Positions 1 through 8,350 of a DNA stretch of 64,000 nt are shown here, piece after piece (within the stretch, counting starts at the first letter, position 1; each line of letters opens with the position of its first letter). Location: assembly GCA_049903315.1 (NCBI GenBank), contig JBNGBT010000002.1, positions 304,479-368,478 on the forward strand, written 5' to 3'. The stretch is from Candidatus Cloacimonadota bacterium (GTDB taxonomy: Bacteria > Cloacimonadota > Cloacimonadia > JGIOTU-2). The notes beneath the pieces were generated by a model. That model was not told the origin of the DNA. It saw only the letters and a program-made list of their open reading frames with translations, and did not search any database. A program made the position numbers and the translations under genes.

Positions 1-1
1 A

Positions 2-664
2 CATGAAATAAACCAACCAATTGGATTGATCGCACTTGGAGTGGATAATATTTCTGAAAGATTAAAATCCGGAAGTGATGTATCTGCTGAATATCTGACG
101 GAAAAAATAGAAAAATTTTTCAAATATATTGATAGGATTCATCAGATAATTGACCATATAAGTACTTTCTCCCGAGATCAGAAAGATATAACATTTGATG
201 AAGTAAATATAAATACAATTGTTGAGCAAGCTTTAGCCATGATAAGATTGCAGTACGAGGATCAAGAGATTCATTTTGAAATAAATCTTGAAGAAGATCT
301 TCGAATGATATTGGGCAACTCATTCAAGATAGAGCAGGTTCTTCTTAATCTGCTATCCAATTCTCGTGATGCTCTTGAAGCAAAGACGAACACTGGTGTT
401 GATTTCCAAAAAACGATATCAATTAAAACATTTAAAAAAGGTAAATATATAATTATTGAATTCACAGATAATGGAATTGGCATGTCCTCAAAGGAGTTAG
501 AAAGCATTTTTGATCCTTTCTATACAACAAAAGGACCGGAAATGGGAACAGGATTGGGATTATCTATATGCTATGGTATTCTTGATGAAATGAATGCAGA
601 GATATCAGTAAAAAGTATTCCGGATGAATTCACGACTTTTATTATAAAATTTAAGACCTATTAA
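2..664 (+). CDS. Sensor histidine kinase, C-terminal part (HisKA + HATPase_c), 5'-truncated by window edge
   Basis: Frame open from base 2: H-box HEINQP, N-box EQVLLNLLSNSRDA, G1 DNGIGM, F-box FDPFYTTK, G2 GTGLGL. Confidence 0.95.
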   Translation, partial: HEINQPIGLIALGVDNISERLKSGSDVSAEYLTEKIEKFFKYIDRIHQIIDHISTFSRDQKDITFDEVNINTIVEQALAMIRLQYEDQEIHFEINLEEDLRMILGNSFKIEQVLLNLLSNSRDALEAKTNTGVDFQKTISIKTFKKGKYIIIEFTDNGIGMSSKELESIFDPFYTTKGPEMGTGLGLSICYGILDEMNAEISVKSIPDEFTTFIIKFKTY

Positions 665-701
665 CAATACAGTTTCATAACTGTAACCTTTTTACAACAA
701 C

Positions 702-717
702 TGTTCGATATCGACCA
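702..717. promoter_or_regulatory. Putative enhancer (UAS) site 1 for a sigma54 activator
   Basis: TGTTCGATATCGACCA, near-palindrome matching TGTTCGAwwTCGAACA; second copy at 794-809. Confidence 0.5.
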
Positions 718-793
718 ACAGCAAATAAATTATATAAATTGCAATATAACTGCAATATAAGTAAATTTCGTACCCATTTTACAATAAAAAAAT

Positions 794-809
794 TGACCGA
801 AATCGAACA
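794..809. promoter_or_regulatory. Putative enhancer (UAS) site 2
   Basis: TGACCGAAATCGAACA, same near-palindrome, upstream of the -24/-12 promoter. Confidence 0.5.
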
Positions 810-874
810 ATTTATTGATAAGTAAAAATATGTGATATTTGCTAATTGGCTAATGGTAAGCGAGTTAACATATT

Positions 875-890
875 TGGCACACAATTTGCT
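875..890 (+). promoter_or_regulatory. Sigma54 (-24/-12) promoter
   Basis: TGGCAC-ACAAT-TTGCT matches consensus TGGCAC-N5-TTGCW, directly upstream of the 908 ORF and the NtrC-family gene. Confidence 0.8.
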
Positions 891-907
891 AATATATAAG
901 CAAACGG

Positions 908-1252
908 ATGTTTCTTATGAATATACTTTTAGTAAACTTTGTAAAAGAAAAACTTAATGAGTTGGATGAGTACTTGCATACTCAGGGTTATGAAGTATAT
1001 TCTGCGGAAAATGACTTGGAAGCAGTTCAGATCCTCAATAATACACACATCAATGAGGTGGTAGTACACCTTACAAAGATCATGAATGTCGGTTTGATAA
1101 ATTATATGAATCATTATTTTTCTGATCTGCGTGTAGTATTAGTGACGAATAATTATGTTGAGCAGGCATTTTCCATAATCAAGAACACTGCATGTGAAAT
1201 AATCCAAGAACCTTTTACGTTATCTACTTTTAGGCAAACGCTCGAGAATTAG
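908..1252 (+). CDS. Stand-alone degenerate receiver (CheY-like) domain protein
   Basis: REC-like pattern (NILLV..GYEVYSAEN..EA..IL..VVLVT..IQEPF) lacking the acidic pocket, phospho-Asp and conserved Lys; start may be 917. Confidence 0.7.
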   Translation: MFLMNILLVNFVKEKLNELDEYLHTQGYEVYSAENDLEAVQILNNTHINEVVVHLTKIMNVGLINYMNHYFSDLRVVLVTNNYVEQAFSIIKNTACEIIQEPFTLSTFRQTLEN

Positions 1253-1343
1253 GTAAAATGAAAGTACAAATTGGTTTTCTTAACGTTGGCTCGGCTTATC
1301 GAATCAATCGGAGGAATATCGAGGAGAAAGGTTAGCTTTCTCA

Positions 1344-2708
1344 ATGGAAGAACTCAAAATCCTCATTTTAGATGATGAAAAGGGATATCGTGAGGGGATC
1401 GAGGAGTATTTGTTAACGCAGGGCTTCACTGTATTTCATGCGGAGAAGCCCTCGGAGGGATTTCAGATTTTAAAGGATGAACCGTGTGATATTGTGATAT
1501 TGGATCTCAAATTGCCGGAAATGAACGGTGTTCAGGTTCTCCGAAAAATTAAGAAATCCTATCCGGAAACTGAGATCATTATGATCACAGCACATGGAGA
1601 TATGGAAAGCGTTATTGAATCCTTGCGCTATGGAGCATCGGATTTCTTCATGAAGCCATTCCGGCTTCTGGATCTAAAGACAGCTATAGAACGCACAAAA
1701 AGGTTTATAGCTCTTCAGAATAGAATTACAGGCCTGAAGTTTCAGTACGATCATCTCATCTCTCAAATCAAGGATGCTGACGGCACAACCATAATCGGTA
1801 AGAGCAAAGCAATAAAGGAGATTTTGAACTTAATGAAAAAGGTTGCGGGAACTGATAATACAACTATTCTCGTAACTGGAGAAAGCGGAACCGGCAAAGA
1901 AATTGTTGCAAGAGGAATTCACTCATTAAGCGCTCGAAAAAGCCACACATTTTTGGATATCAATTGTAGCTCAATACCTGATAATCTTTTTGAAAGTGAA
2001 TTTTTCGGGCACAAGAGAGGTGCATTTACTGGCGCGATCGAACATAAATCGGGATATTTTGAGGTTGCAAACCATGGGTCGATATTTTTAGATGAGATCT
2101 GCGATATGCCCAAACATATGCAGACTAAACTTCTGAGAGTTCTGGAGGGGAATATTTTCAGAAGGATCGGGAGCAATAGAGATATAAAATTCGATGTGCG
2201 CGTTATCTCAGCAACAAATCAAGATATTGATTCATATGTGAAAAATCATGAATTTAGAGAGGACCTACTCTATCGTCTTAATACATTCCGCATTCACATT
2301 CCACCATTACGGGAAAGAAAAGATGATATAAAACCGTTACTTGATTATTTTGTGAAAGTATATTCCAAAAAGTTAAAGAAATCCATTAAAAATGTGAGTA
2401 ATCGGATTTATGATTATTTGCTCAAGTATGAGTTTCCTGGGAATGTACGAGAATTGAGGAATATGGTAGAAAGGGCTTTGATACTCTGCGATAATTCAAC
2501 ACTTCGACTGGAACATTTTACCCTTCTCGCAGGAAAAGATGCTGAAATTGATGAAGATACATTAGACCTTGCCGTGCTTGATAAGAAAGAAAAGGAGATG
2601 CTTACTAAAGCCCTCAAGAGATCTGGAAACAACAAAACAAATGCCGCAAAATTATTAAATATCTCCCGCTCGGCTCTTAATAGGAAAATAGAAAAACATA
2701 AACTGTAG
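1344..2708 (+). CDS. Sigma54-dependent response regulator (NtrC/AtoC family: REC-AAA+-Fis HTH)
   Basis: ILDD/LDLKLP receiver, GESGTGKE Walker A, GAFTGA, FLDEI, FPGNVREL, C-terminal HTH. Confidence 0.97.
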   Translation: MEELKILILDDEKGYREGIEEYLLTQGFTVFHAEKPSEGFQILKDEPCDIVILDLKLPEMNGVQVLRKIKKSYPETEIIMITAHGDMESVIESLRYGASDFFMKPFRLLDLKTAIERTKRFIALQNRITGLKFQYDHLISQIKDADGTTIIGKSKAIKEILNLMKKVAGTDNTTILVTGESGTGKEIVARGIHSLSARKSHTFLDINCSSIPDNLFESEFFGHKRGAFTGAIEHKSGYFEVANHGSIFLDEICDMPKHMQTKLLRVLEGNIFRRIGSNRDIKFDVRVISATNQDIDSYVKNHEFREDLLYRLNTFRIHIPPLRERKDDIKPLLDYFVKVYSKKLKKSIKNVSNRIYDYLLKYEFPGNVRELRNMVERALILCDNSTLRLEHFTLLAGKDAEIDEDTLDLAVLDKKEKEMLTKALKRSGNNKTNAAKLLNISRSALNRKIEKHKL

Positions 2709-2718
2709 GAGAAAATTT

Positions 2719-2823
2719 ATGAACAGGATACTTTTAATAAGTGTGATAGTATCATTAGTAATAATCATAGGCGCAATTATAGGTTTTTTCCTCAACAGAA
2801 AAACAGATTTAGGGATAAAATAG
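2719..2823 (+). CDS. Small single-pass membrane protein (34 aa, MNRILLISVIVSLVIIIGAIIGFFLNRKTDLGIK)
   Basis: AGGAGA RBS overlapping the upstream stop, ATG start, hydrophobic helix with basic tail; below ORF-track cutoff. Confidence 0.55.
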   Translation: MNRILLISVIVSLVIIIGAIIGFFLNRKTDLGIK

Positions 2824-2914
2824 CCTATAATCAGCTGTATCTAAGAAAATCGTTATTTTTCTTGACAAGCCCCTTAGTAAAAATATCAAGTATTCAAAAC
2901 ATGCTGGAGGCAGT

Positions 2915-4921
2915 ATGAAAAAGCTATTTATTATTTTTGTAATTTTATCATTTTTTATTACTATACCACTTTGTGCCCAATCAATAATCTGGCAAGAAAA
3001 TTTTAATACAAATCCCGGCACCTGGGCACTAGATTCAAACTGGAGTATTCAAAGTGGTGCATTAATGTTATCCTGGTCGCCCACAGTCGCTCCCTATGAT
3101 CTTAGTGCGACATCACCATTCATCAATTTACCGTTAAATGTAGGGGATCTGACTGTTTCTCAGTTTATTGACGAGTTTTCGACAAATACAGGAGAAGTAA
3201 CAAACATTGAACTGATTCATCCTGGAGGAACAACTGTTCTATGGAGTTTCGATTTGGTTGGTACTAATTGGGGTTATTCTGGTGGTAAAGATATAAGCTT
3301 CTCTTTATTCCCATATGCAGGACAGCAAGTTCAAATTAGATTTAGAAGTTACGGAGGAAGTACCTATAATTTCAATTATTGGTACATTTATAATGTTGCC
3401 ATTAATGCATCTCTCGATCATGACCTTGCAGCAACAAACATTTCCGGCAATAACATTCTTAATATCGGGCAGCAGGGATTATGGAATGTGACAGTCAAAA
3501 ACACCGGGCTTAATACTGAGTCTAATTATGAAGTAAATCTCATGCGAGAACCGGGCATCGTGCTGGGTTCTACTTTTGCAACTACTCCTCTCGCTCCTGA
3601 TCAACAAACCATCTATCAGTTCAACTGGACTCCGGATATAAGTGAAGTGGTCAATCTTTACGGGCAGGTTATTCTACCTGGTGATGAGTTCTTGGATAAT
3701 AATACGACAAATCCATTTTTGGTTAATATTTATCCTGATGACCCGATTAATGTGCTTGTCTGGGATAATGATAATGCTTCGGATATTGATGGAATAGGTA
3801 CACAGGTTTTTCTTGAAGAAGCTCTCACTGCAAATAATGTAACTTATGATACATACACATACCTGCCGGCAAATCTCACACCATATGATGCCATATTTGT
3901 TGCTCTTGGCATCTACTGCGTTGGCTGAGGCACTACACCTCCAGGCTCCGTCGGAGCCTCTGATCAAACGACTTTAATGAACTATCTTTATGGTGGACAT
4001 CCAATTTATATTGAAGGTTCAGATCTGGGATATTCTCACCAGGGAACAGCTTTCCTCGCAAGTCTCGGATGCAGTTTCTTGTCAAATGATACACAAAATA
4101 TTGGTACTATGACAGGAGTATCAGGTACTGTTGGAGAAGATTTTGTTTTTCCTTTCACTGCCAATACCGATGCAAATTACTCAGTAGATGAGATAGGCGG
4201 AATATTCAGCAGAAGTGTTGCATTCAGATCCGATAACAACTATTCCCGTACAGTTGCGTATGCAGGAGCGAATTATAGCACCATTGCATCAACACCGATA
4301 CTCGGCGGATTAGAAAATACTGATACAAACTCAAAAGCTGATTTGGTTGCAACATATCTCGGATACATGCTTAAAATAAATGGTGTATTTCGCGGTATTG
4401 TTACAGATAATAATACAGGCGATCCTGTTCAAAATGCCACAGTGAATGTAGGTACGTTTAGTGGTGTGACAAATTCATATGGACTTTGTGCGATAGAAGT
4501 TCCCCCCGGTTCATATGGTATAAGCTGCTCACATCCGAATTATGCAACTTTCGTGTATCCATCAGAAATTATAATAGATTATAATGACACATACTGGATG
4601 GATATCTCTCTTACTCCAAGTGTTTCAATTGATGATTTTGAGCAACAGGACGGCATCACGCGCATCTTTCCAAATCCCTTTACCATTCAAACCGCTATTA
4701 AATACTATATGAAATCTTCAGGAAATGTAGATATCAGTGTATTTAATATTAAGGGACAAAAGGTGTGTACTTTAGTTGATGAATACAAACAATCCGGCTA
4801 TCATGATAATACATTTAACAATTCATCTGAATATACTGCGGGACTTTCTTCTGGTATCTATTTCATGAAGTTGGAAACAGAGCAAGTCACTCAAATTGAA
4901 AAATTCATAATTCTTGAGTAG
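2915..4921 (+). CDS. Secreted multidomain protein (signal peptide, adhesin-like beta domain, CARDB-like, alpha/beta domain, carboxypeptidase-regulatory-like, FlgD/T9SS-type CTD); probable selenoprotein, 668 aa with Sec at codon 338
   Basis: ORFs 2915-3928 and 3977-4921 share a frame and are separated only by TGA 3926-3928 plus 16 sense codons; context C-V-G-TGA; downstream hairpin; signal peptide and CTD fall in different halves. Confidence 0.8.
3929..3960 (+). promoter_or_regulatory. Putative bacterial SECIS element
   Basis: AGGCTCC-GTC-GGAGCCT (3943-3959): perfect 7-bp stem, loop starting GU, loop 22 nt after the UGA; 22 of 32 bases G+C in an AT-rich gene. Confidence 0.65.
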
Positions 4922-4936
4922 AATAATTTATAACAG

Positions 4937-4971
4937 AAAAAGCCAGTTCAGTATGTGAGCTGGCTTTTTTT
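4937..4971. terminator. Bidirectional intrinsic terminator
   Basis: AAAAAGCCAGTTCA...TGAGCTGGCTTTTTTT between the convergent CDS and tRNA. Confidence 0.8.
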
Positions 4972-4982
4972 GTAATAAAAAA

Positions 4983-5057
4983 TGGTAGCCCCAAGGGGAA
5001 TCGAACCCCTGTTACCGGAATGAGAATCCGGCGTCCTTACCCCTAGACGATGGGGCC
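4983..5057 (-). tRNA. tRNA-Glu (anticodon CTC)
   Basis: Reverse complement GGCCCCATCGTCTAGGGGTAAGGACGCCGGATTCTCATTCCGGTAACAGGGGTTCGATTCCCCTTGGGGCTACCA: cloverleaf, GTTCGA T-loop, encoded CCA. Confidence 0.97.
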
Positions 5058-5112
5058 ACGTGGGATTTGTTTATTTCGTGGTGGATTTTGCTGTCAAGAA
5101 TTTGAGGAAATG

Positions 5113-5246
5113 ACACACCCCGATTCCTTCGGAATCACCCCTCTCGAGAGGGGATTTGTACGATTGTTTTTTTAAAATTAAGTATGATATTGAAAACATC
5201 AAAATTTCTCCTCTTGAGAGGAGTCCGGCTTAGCCGGGAGGTGTGT
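5113..5246. repeat. Composite palindromic REP-doublet (REPIN/BIME-like) element, copy 1
   Basis: ACACACCCC-hairpin-CACCCCTCTCGAGAGGGGATTT, AT-rich spacer, CTCCTCTTGAGAGGAGT-CCGGCTTAGCCGG-GAGGTGTGT. Confidence 0.9.
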
Positions 5247-5361
5247 AAATTAAATCCAATTCTGCATTGATCATGATGGAAAAAATTATTAATTGACAAA
5301 ATTTACCATTAAAATTGGGAAAATATTAAGAATTAGTTCATTAGAAATATTAGGAGCTGTT

Positions 5362-6336
5362 ATGAATTATGAAATAATTCAAAAATTAAGATATAAGTTA
5401 CAGAAAAGAGTAAGAAGGTTGAATTCAATTGAAGTGCCGCAATTGTATCATTCTTATTTAAAACAATTTTGGGTATTTTTACATGAATCACCGATTTTTT
5501 CCGGAATATTGGATGATTTATCAAAAAGAATTCCTGAAGCAGAAAAATTAGCAAATGATATAGTATTGAAAAAAGAAACAATTTCATTCAATATTGAATT
5601 AGAATTGGTTGCAACTTGTTACTATGTGATTGACATATGTGTTAAATCTAAATCTAATGACATAGAGATGAAAATTGGATTTATATATAAAAAAGCAGGT
5701 CCATTTGCTAAAAACCTTGAATTTTTTCATCACTATTTTGTGGAAACCCTATATGATTATATTGATGAGAATTTAGATGATCAGAAATTGCTTTTAGCAT
5801 TATTACGAAGATATAAACAAAGATGCGAATGGTTTAGAAGAGATTCCTTACTCAAAATGTACAATGAAAATACTCAGATTGGTGAAAAATCCTTAGCAAT
5901 GGATTTATATGAATATTTATTTGATCAAGGGATTGAATTTTCCATTGAACCTTCATCAGCTTCTGGCAAGCCAGATTTGATTGCTGCACAGAATACGGAT
6001 GATCCATTAATTGCAGATGCAAAAATCTTTGATCCTCAAAAGAGTAAAAATATAGCATATATTACAAAAGGTTTTAATCAGATTTACCAATATACTATGG
6101 ATTACAATGAACCATTTGGATATCTTGTAATTTTCAAGATTTGTGAAGAGGATCTCAAGTTGGATTTTAAAGAAAAAGAACGAGCAATACCTTTTGTTAT
6201 TTATAATAATAAGACAATATTCTTCATCGTAATTGATATTTGTAAATATGAGAAAAGTGCTTCACAAAGAGGTAAATTAAAAGTATGTGATCTAAGGGAG
6301 GATGAATTAATTAAAATTATTAAAACCAAAGAATAA
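5362..6336 (+). CDS. Hypothetical protein with C-terminal PD-(D/E)xK-like nuclease motif
   Basis: ATG 5362 after AGGAG; motif SGKPDLI..PLIADAK..GFNQIYQY; very AT-rich. Confidence 0.7.
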   Translation: MNYEIIQKLRYKLQKRVRRLNSIEVPQLYHSYLKQFWVFLHESPIFSGILDDLSKRIPEAEKLANDIVLKKETISFNIELELVATCYYVIDICVKSKSNDIEMKIGFIYKKAGPFAKNLEFFHHYFVETLYDYIDENLDDQKLLLALLRRYKQRCEWFRRDSLLKMYNENTQIGEKSLAMDLYEYLFDQGIEFSIEPSSASGKPDLIAAQNTDDPLIADAKIFDPQKSKNIAYITKGFNQIYQYTMDYNEPFGYLVIFKICEEDLKLDFKEKERAIPFVIYNNKTIFFIVIDICKYEKSASQRGKLKVCDLREDELIKIIKTKE

Positions 6337-6381
6337 GCTTAAATAAACAGATGGGCAAATAACAAAAAGTTAATCGAATGA

Positions 6382-6527
6382 ACACATCCGACCTTCCAAC
6401 AAGTTGGAATCTACCCCTCTCGAGAGGGCATCCAGCGATTATTATTAATAAATGGTTGTGAGTTGAAAAATCGAAAAATCTCCTCTAAAAAGAGGAGTAC
6501 TCCGCCAGATGGCGGAGGGAGGTGTGT
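6382..6527. repeat. Composite palindromic element, copy 2
   Basis: ACACATCC-TTCCAAcaagTTGGAA-ACCCCTCTCGAGAGGG...CTCCTCTAAAAAGAGGAGT-CTCCGCCAGATGGCGGAG-GGAGGTGTGT. Confidence 0.9.
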
Positions 6528-6551
6528 ACATTGCTAAAACGGAGACGCATT

Positions 6552-6911
6552 ATGAAACTTTATTATGATCCAAAATTAAAGCTACTGGCACGTAAGCTTC
6601 GTAAGAATATGACACTCCCGGAAGTAATACTCTGGAATCAACTGAAAAGAAAGAAGTTAGGTTATGATTTCCACCGTCAAAAACCAATAGGGGAATTTAT
6701 CGTTGATTTTTATTGTCCGGGGCTCAAACTGATAATTGAAGTGGATGGAGAGGTACATCTCGACAAAGGTGAGTCTGATATAAAAAGACAATCAAAATTA
6801 GAATCATTGGGATTACGAATATTGCGATATAAAGCGACAGATATTTTGAAGAACTTGAATGATGTTATCGATTCAATTCAGAATTATATTAATGATATTT
6901 CATCAAAATAA
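6552..6911 (+). CDS. DUF559 / Vsr-like endonuclease domain protein
   Basis: ARKLRKNMTLPEVILW..FHRQKPIGEFIVDFYC..LIIEVDGEVH signature; GGAG RBS before ATG 6552. Confidence 0.92.
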   Translation: MKLYYDPKLKLLARKLRKNMTLPEVILWNQLKRKKLGYDFHRQKPIGEFIVDFYCPGLKLIIEVDGEVHLDKGESDIKRQSKLESLGLRILRYKATDILKNLNDVIDSIQNYINDISSK

Positions 6912-7051
6912 CACACCCCGTCTTCCAAAAAGTTGGAATCCACCCCTCTCGAGAGGGGATTTGTGTATATTTTGCATGTCTCTGGTTTGGATCTGATGTA
7001 TTCAAAAATCTCCTCTAAAAAGAGGAGTCCGGCTTTAGCCGGGAGGTGTGT
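6911..7051. repeat. Composite palindromic element, copy 3
   Basis: Starts at the DUF559 stop codon; ACACACCCC..CACCCCTCTCGAGAGGGGATTT...CTCCTCTAAAAAGAGGAGT-CCGGCTTTAGCCGG-GAGGTGTGT. Confidence 0.9.
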
Positions 7052-7064
7052 ATTTATTTTCTTA

Positions 7065-7469
7065 CTACTCAGTAAATATAAGTCCAATCTCTCTCTTTGC
7101 ACTTTCCGGAGAATCCGAAGCATGAACTGCATTCTCTGTAAATGAATCTGCAAATAGAAACCGGATTGTTCCGGGAGCTGCTTTTTCGAAATTAGTATTT
7201 CCAACCAATTCTCGAAGCTTTAAAATCGCATCTTCTCTACTGAGGACTGCGCCTACTATCTTGCCGGATAGCATAAATGATTTAAGTTGCGGGTAGAAAC
7301 TTTTGCCAAGATGTTCTGCATAGAAAGTATCTGCTAAATCGTTATTCATGGTGAACATTTTTAATTGCTCAATCACAAATCCGTTGTCTTCGACCATCTT
7401 GAGGATTGCGCCGATTTTGTTTTTCTTTGTTGCATTTGGTTTAATAAGAAGTAAGGTTTTTTGGCTCAT
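7065..7469 (-). CDS. ndk: Nucleoside-diphosphate kinase
   Basis: TLLLIKP, FYAEH, PGTIR, NAVHASDS. Confidence 0.97.
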   Translation of the reverse strand: MSQKTLLLIKPNATKKNKIGAILKMVEDNGFVIEQLKMFTMNNDLADTFYAEHLGKSFYPQLKSFMLSGKIVGAVLSREDAILKLRELVGNTNFEKAAPGTIRFLFADSFTENAVHASDSPESAKREIGLIFTE

Positions 7470-7611
7470 TTCGTATGTCCTTCAATATTATTTATTTTGG
7501 TCTTGAAAAATAATTGTACAAAAAAATGAGCAAGAAAAATCTTGGTTTTCAATTAATTATTTCCCTCAAAAAATAGTTTGGAATCATTTGTTTTTTAAAT
7601 ATGGAGTTGCA

Positions 7612-8208
7612 ATGATAGTAGAGAAACTTATTCAAGGAAATCAAGAATTCGTTAAAACCTTTAAAAAAGAAGAAGAATTGTACCAAAAACTTGCACAACA
7701 CGGCCAGCATCCAAAAGTGTTATGGATAGGATGCTCTGATTCACGGATTGTTCCTGAATTCATTGTCAATGCAGATGCCGGAGATCTATTTATTATAAGA
7801 AATATTGCGAATATAATTCCACCTTGCAATGCAAATGATCTGTGCTCAAGCTCTGTACTGGAATATGCGATGCTCGAACTCAAAGTAGAACATATTGTCG
7901 TGTGTGGGCACACAGGTTGTGGGGGAATAACCGCACTTGTAAAAGGCACACCAAATAATTCAAGAGTATCTGAATGGTTGAAATATGCCTCTCAGAAGAA
8001 AGCTGCAAACGATATAAATGCCGATTCATATATATTAAAATCGATTAAAGATAACATTCTTTTACAATCAGAACACCTTCTTACTTTTGATTTTATAAAG
8101 GAAAATATTAATAATTTGTGTATTCATAAGTGGCTGTATGACATGCATTCAGGTGGTATTTCGTATTATGATGACAAAGAAAGAAAATGGATCAAACTTG
8201 AAGAATAA
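7612..8208 (+). CDS. can: Beta-class carbonic anhydrase
   Basis: WIGCSDSR, RNIAN, VCGHTGCG zinc ligands; GGAG before ATG 7612. Confidence 0.95.
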   Translation: MIVEKLIQGNQEFVKTFKKEEELYQKLAQHGQHPKVLWIGCSDSRIVPEFIVNADAGDLFIIRNIANIIPPCNANDLCSSSVLEYAMLELKVEHIVVCGHTGCGGITALVKGTPNNSRVSEWLKYASQKKAANDINADSYILKSIKDNILLQSEHLLTFDFIKENINNLCIHKWLYDMHSGGISYYDDKERKWIKLEE

Positions 8209-8350
8209 ATATTAAAACATGTAAAATTTGCGATAATTTTTGTCTTAGAAATTAAATTCTCATGAAATTTCGAAAATTCTTGACGTAAAAAGAACAGGTT
8301 AACGGGATAACGATAATTAATTTAAAAAACGATGGAGGAAACTCAAAAAA

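Noticed and set aside
3926..3928. Genome-wide UGA reassignment (Trp/Gly) as the explanation of the in-frame TGA
   Set aside because: TGA acts as a true stop elsewhere (ATGA overlaps at 16496-16499, 21062-21065, 26531-26534), Trp is encoded by TGG, and no other long gene is interrupted.
3977..4921. Independent 314-aa gene
   Set aside because: No properly spaced RBS, no signal peptide despite a secretion CTD, and it begins mid-domain; better explained as the read-through half.
5113..7051. CRISPR array or guide-RNA array
   Set aside because: Units are 134-146 bp and separated by whole genes; internal spacers of copies 1 and 2 look homologous rather than independently acquired; no cas genes.
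4983..7051. tRNA-integrated island or integron
   Set aside because: No integrase, no duplicated tRNA 3' end, the genes lie on the 5' side of the tRNA, and the repeats lack attC RYYYAAC/GTTRRRY ends.
6884..7204. ORFs 6884-7204(-) and 6933-7145(+)
   Set aside because: They read through repeat copy 3 and overlap ndk/DUF559; no protein features.
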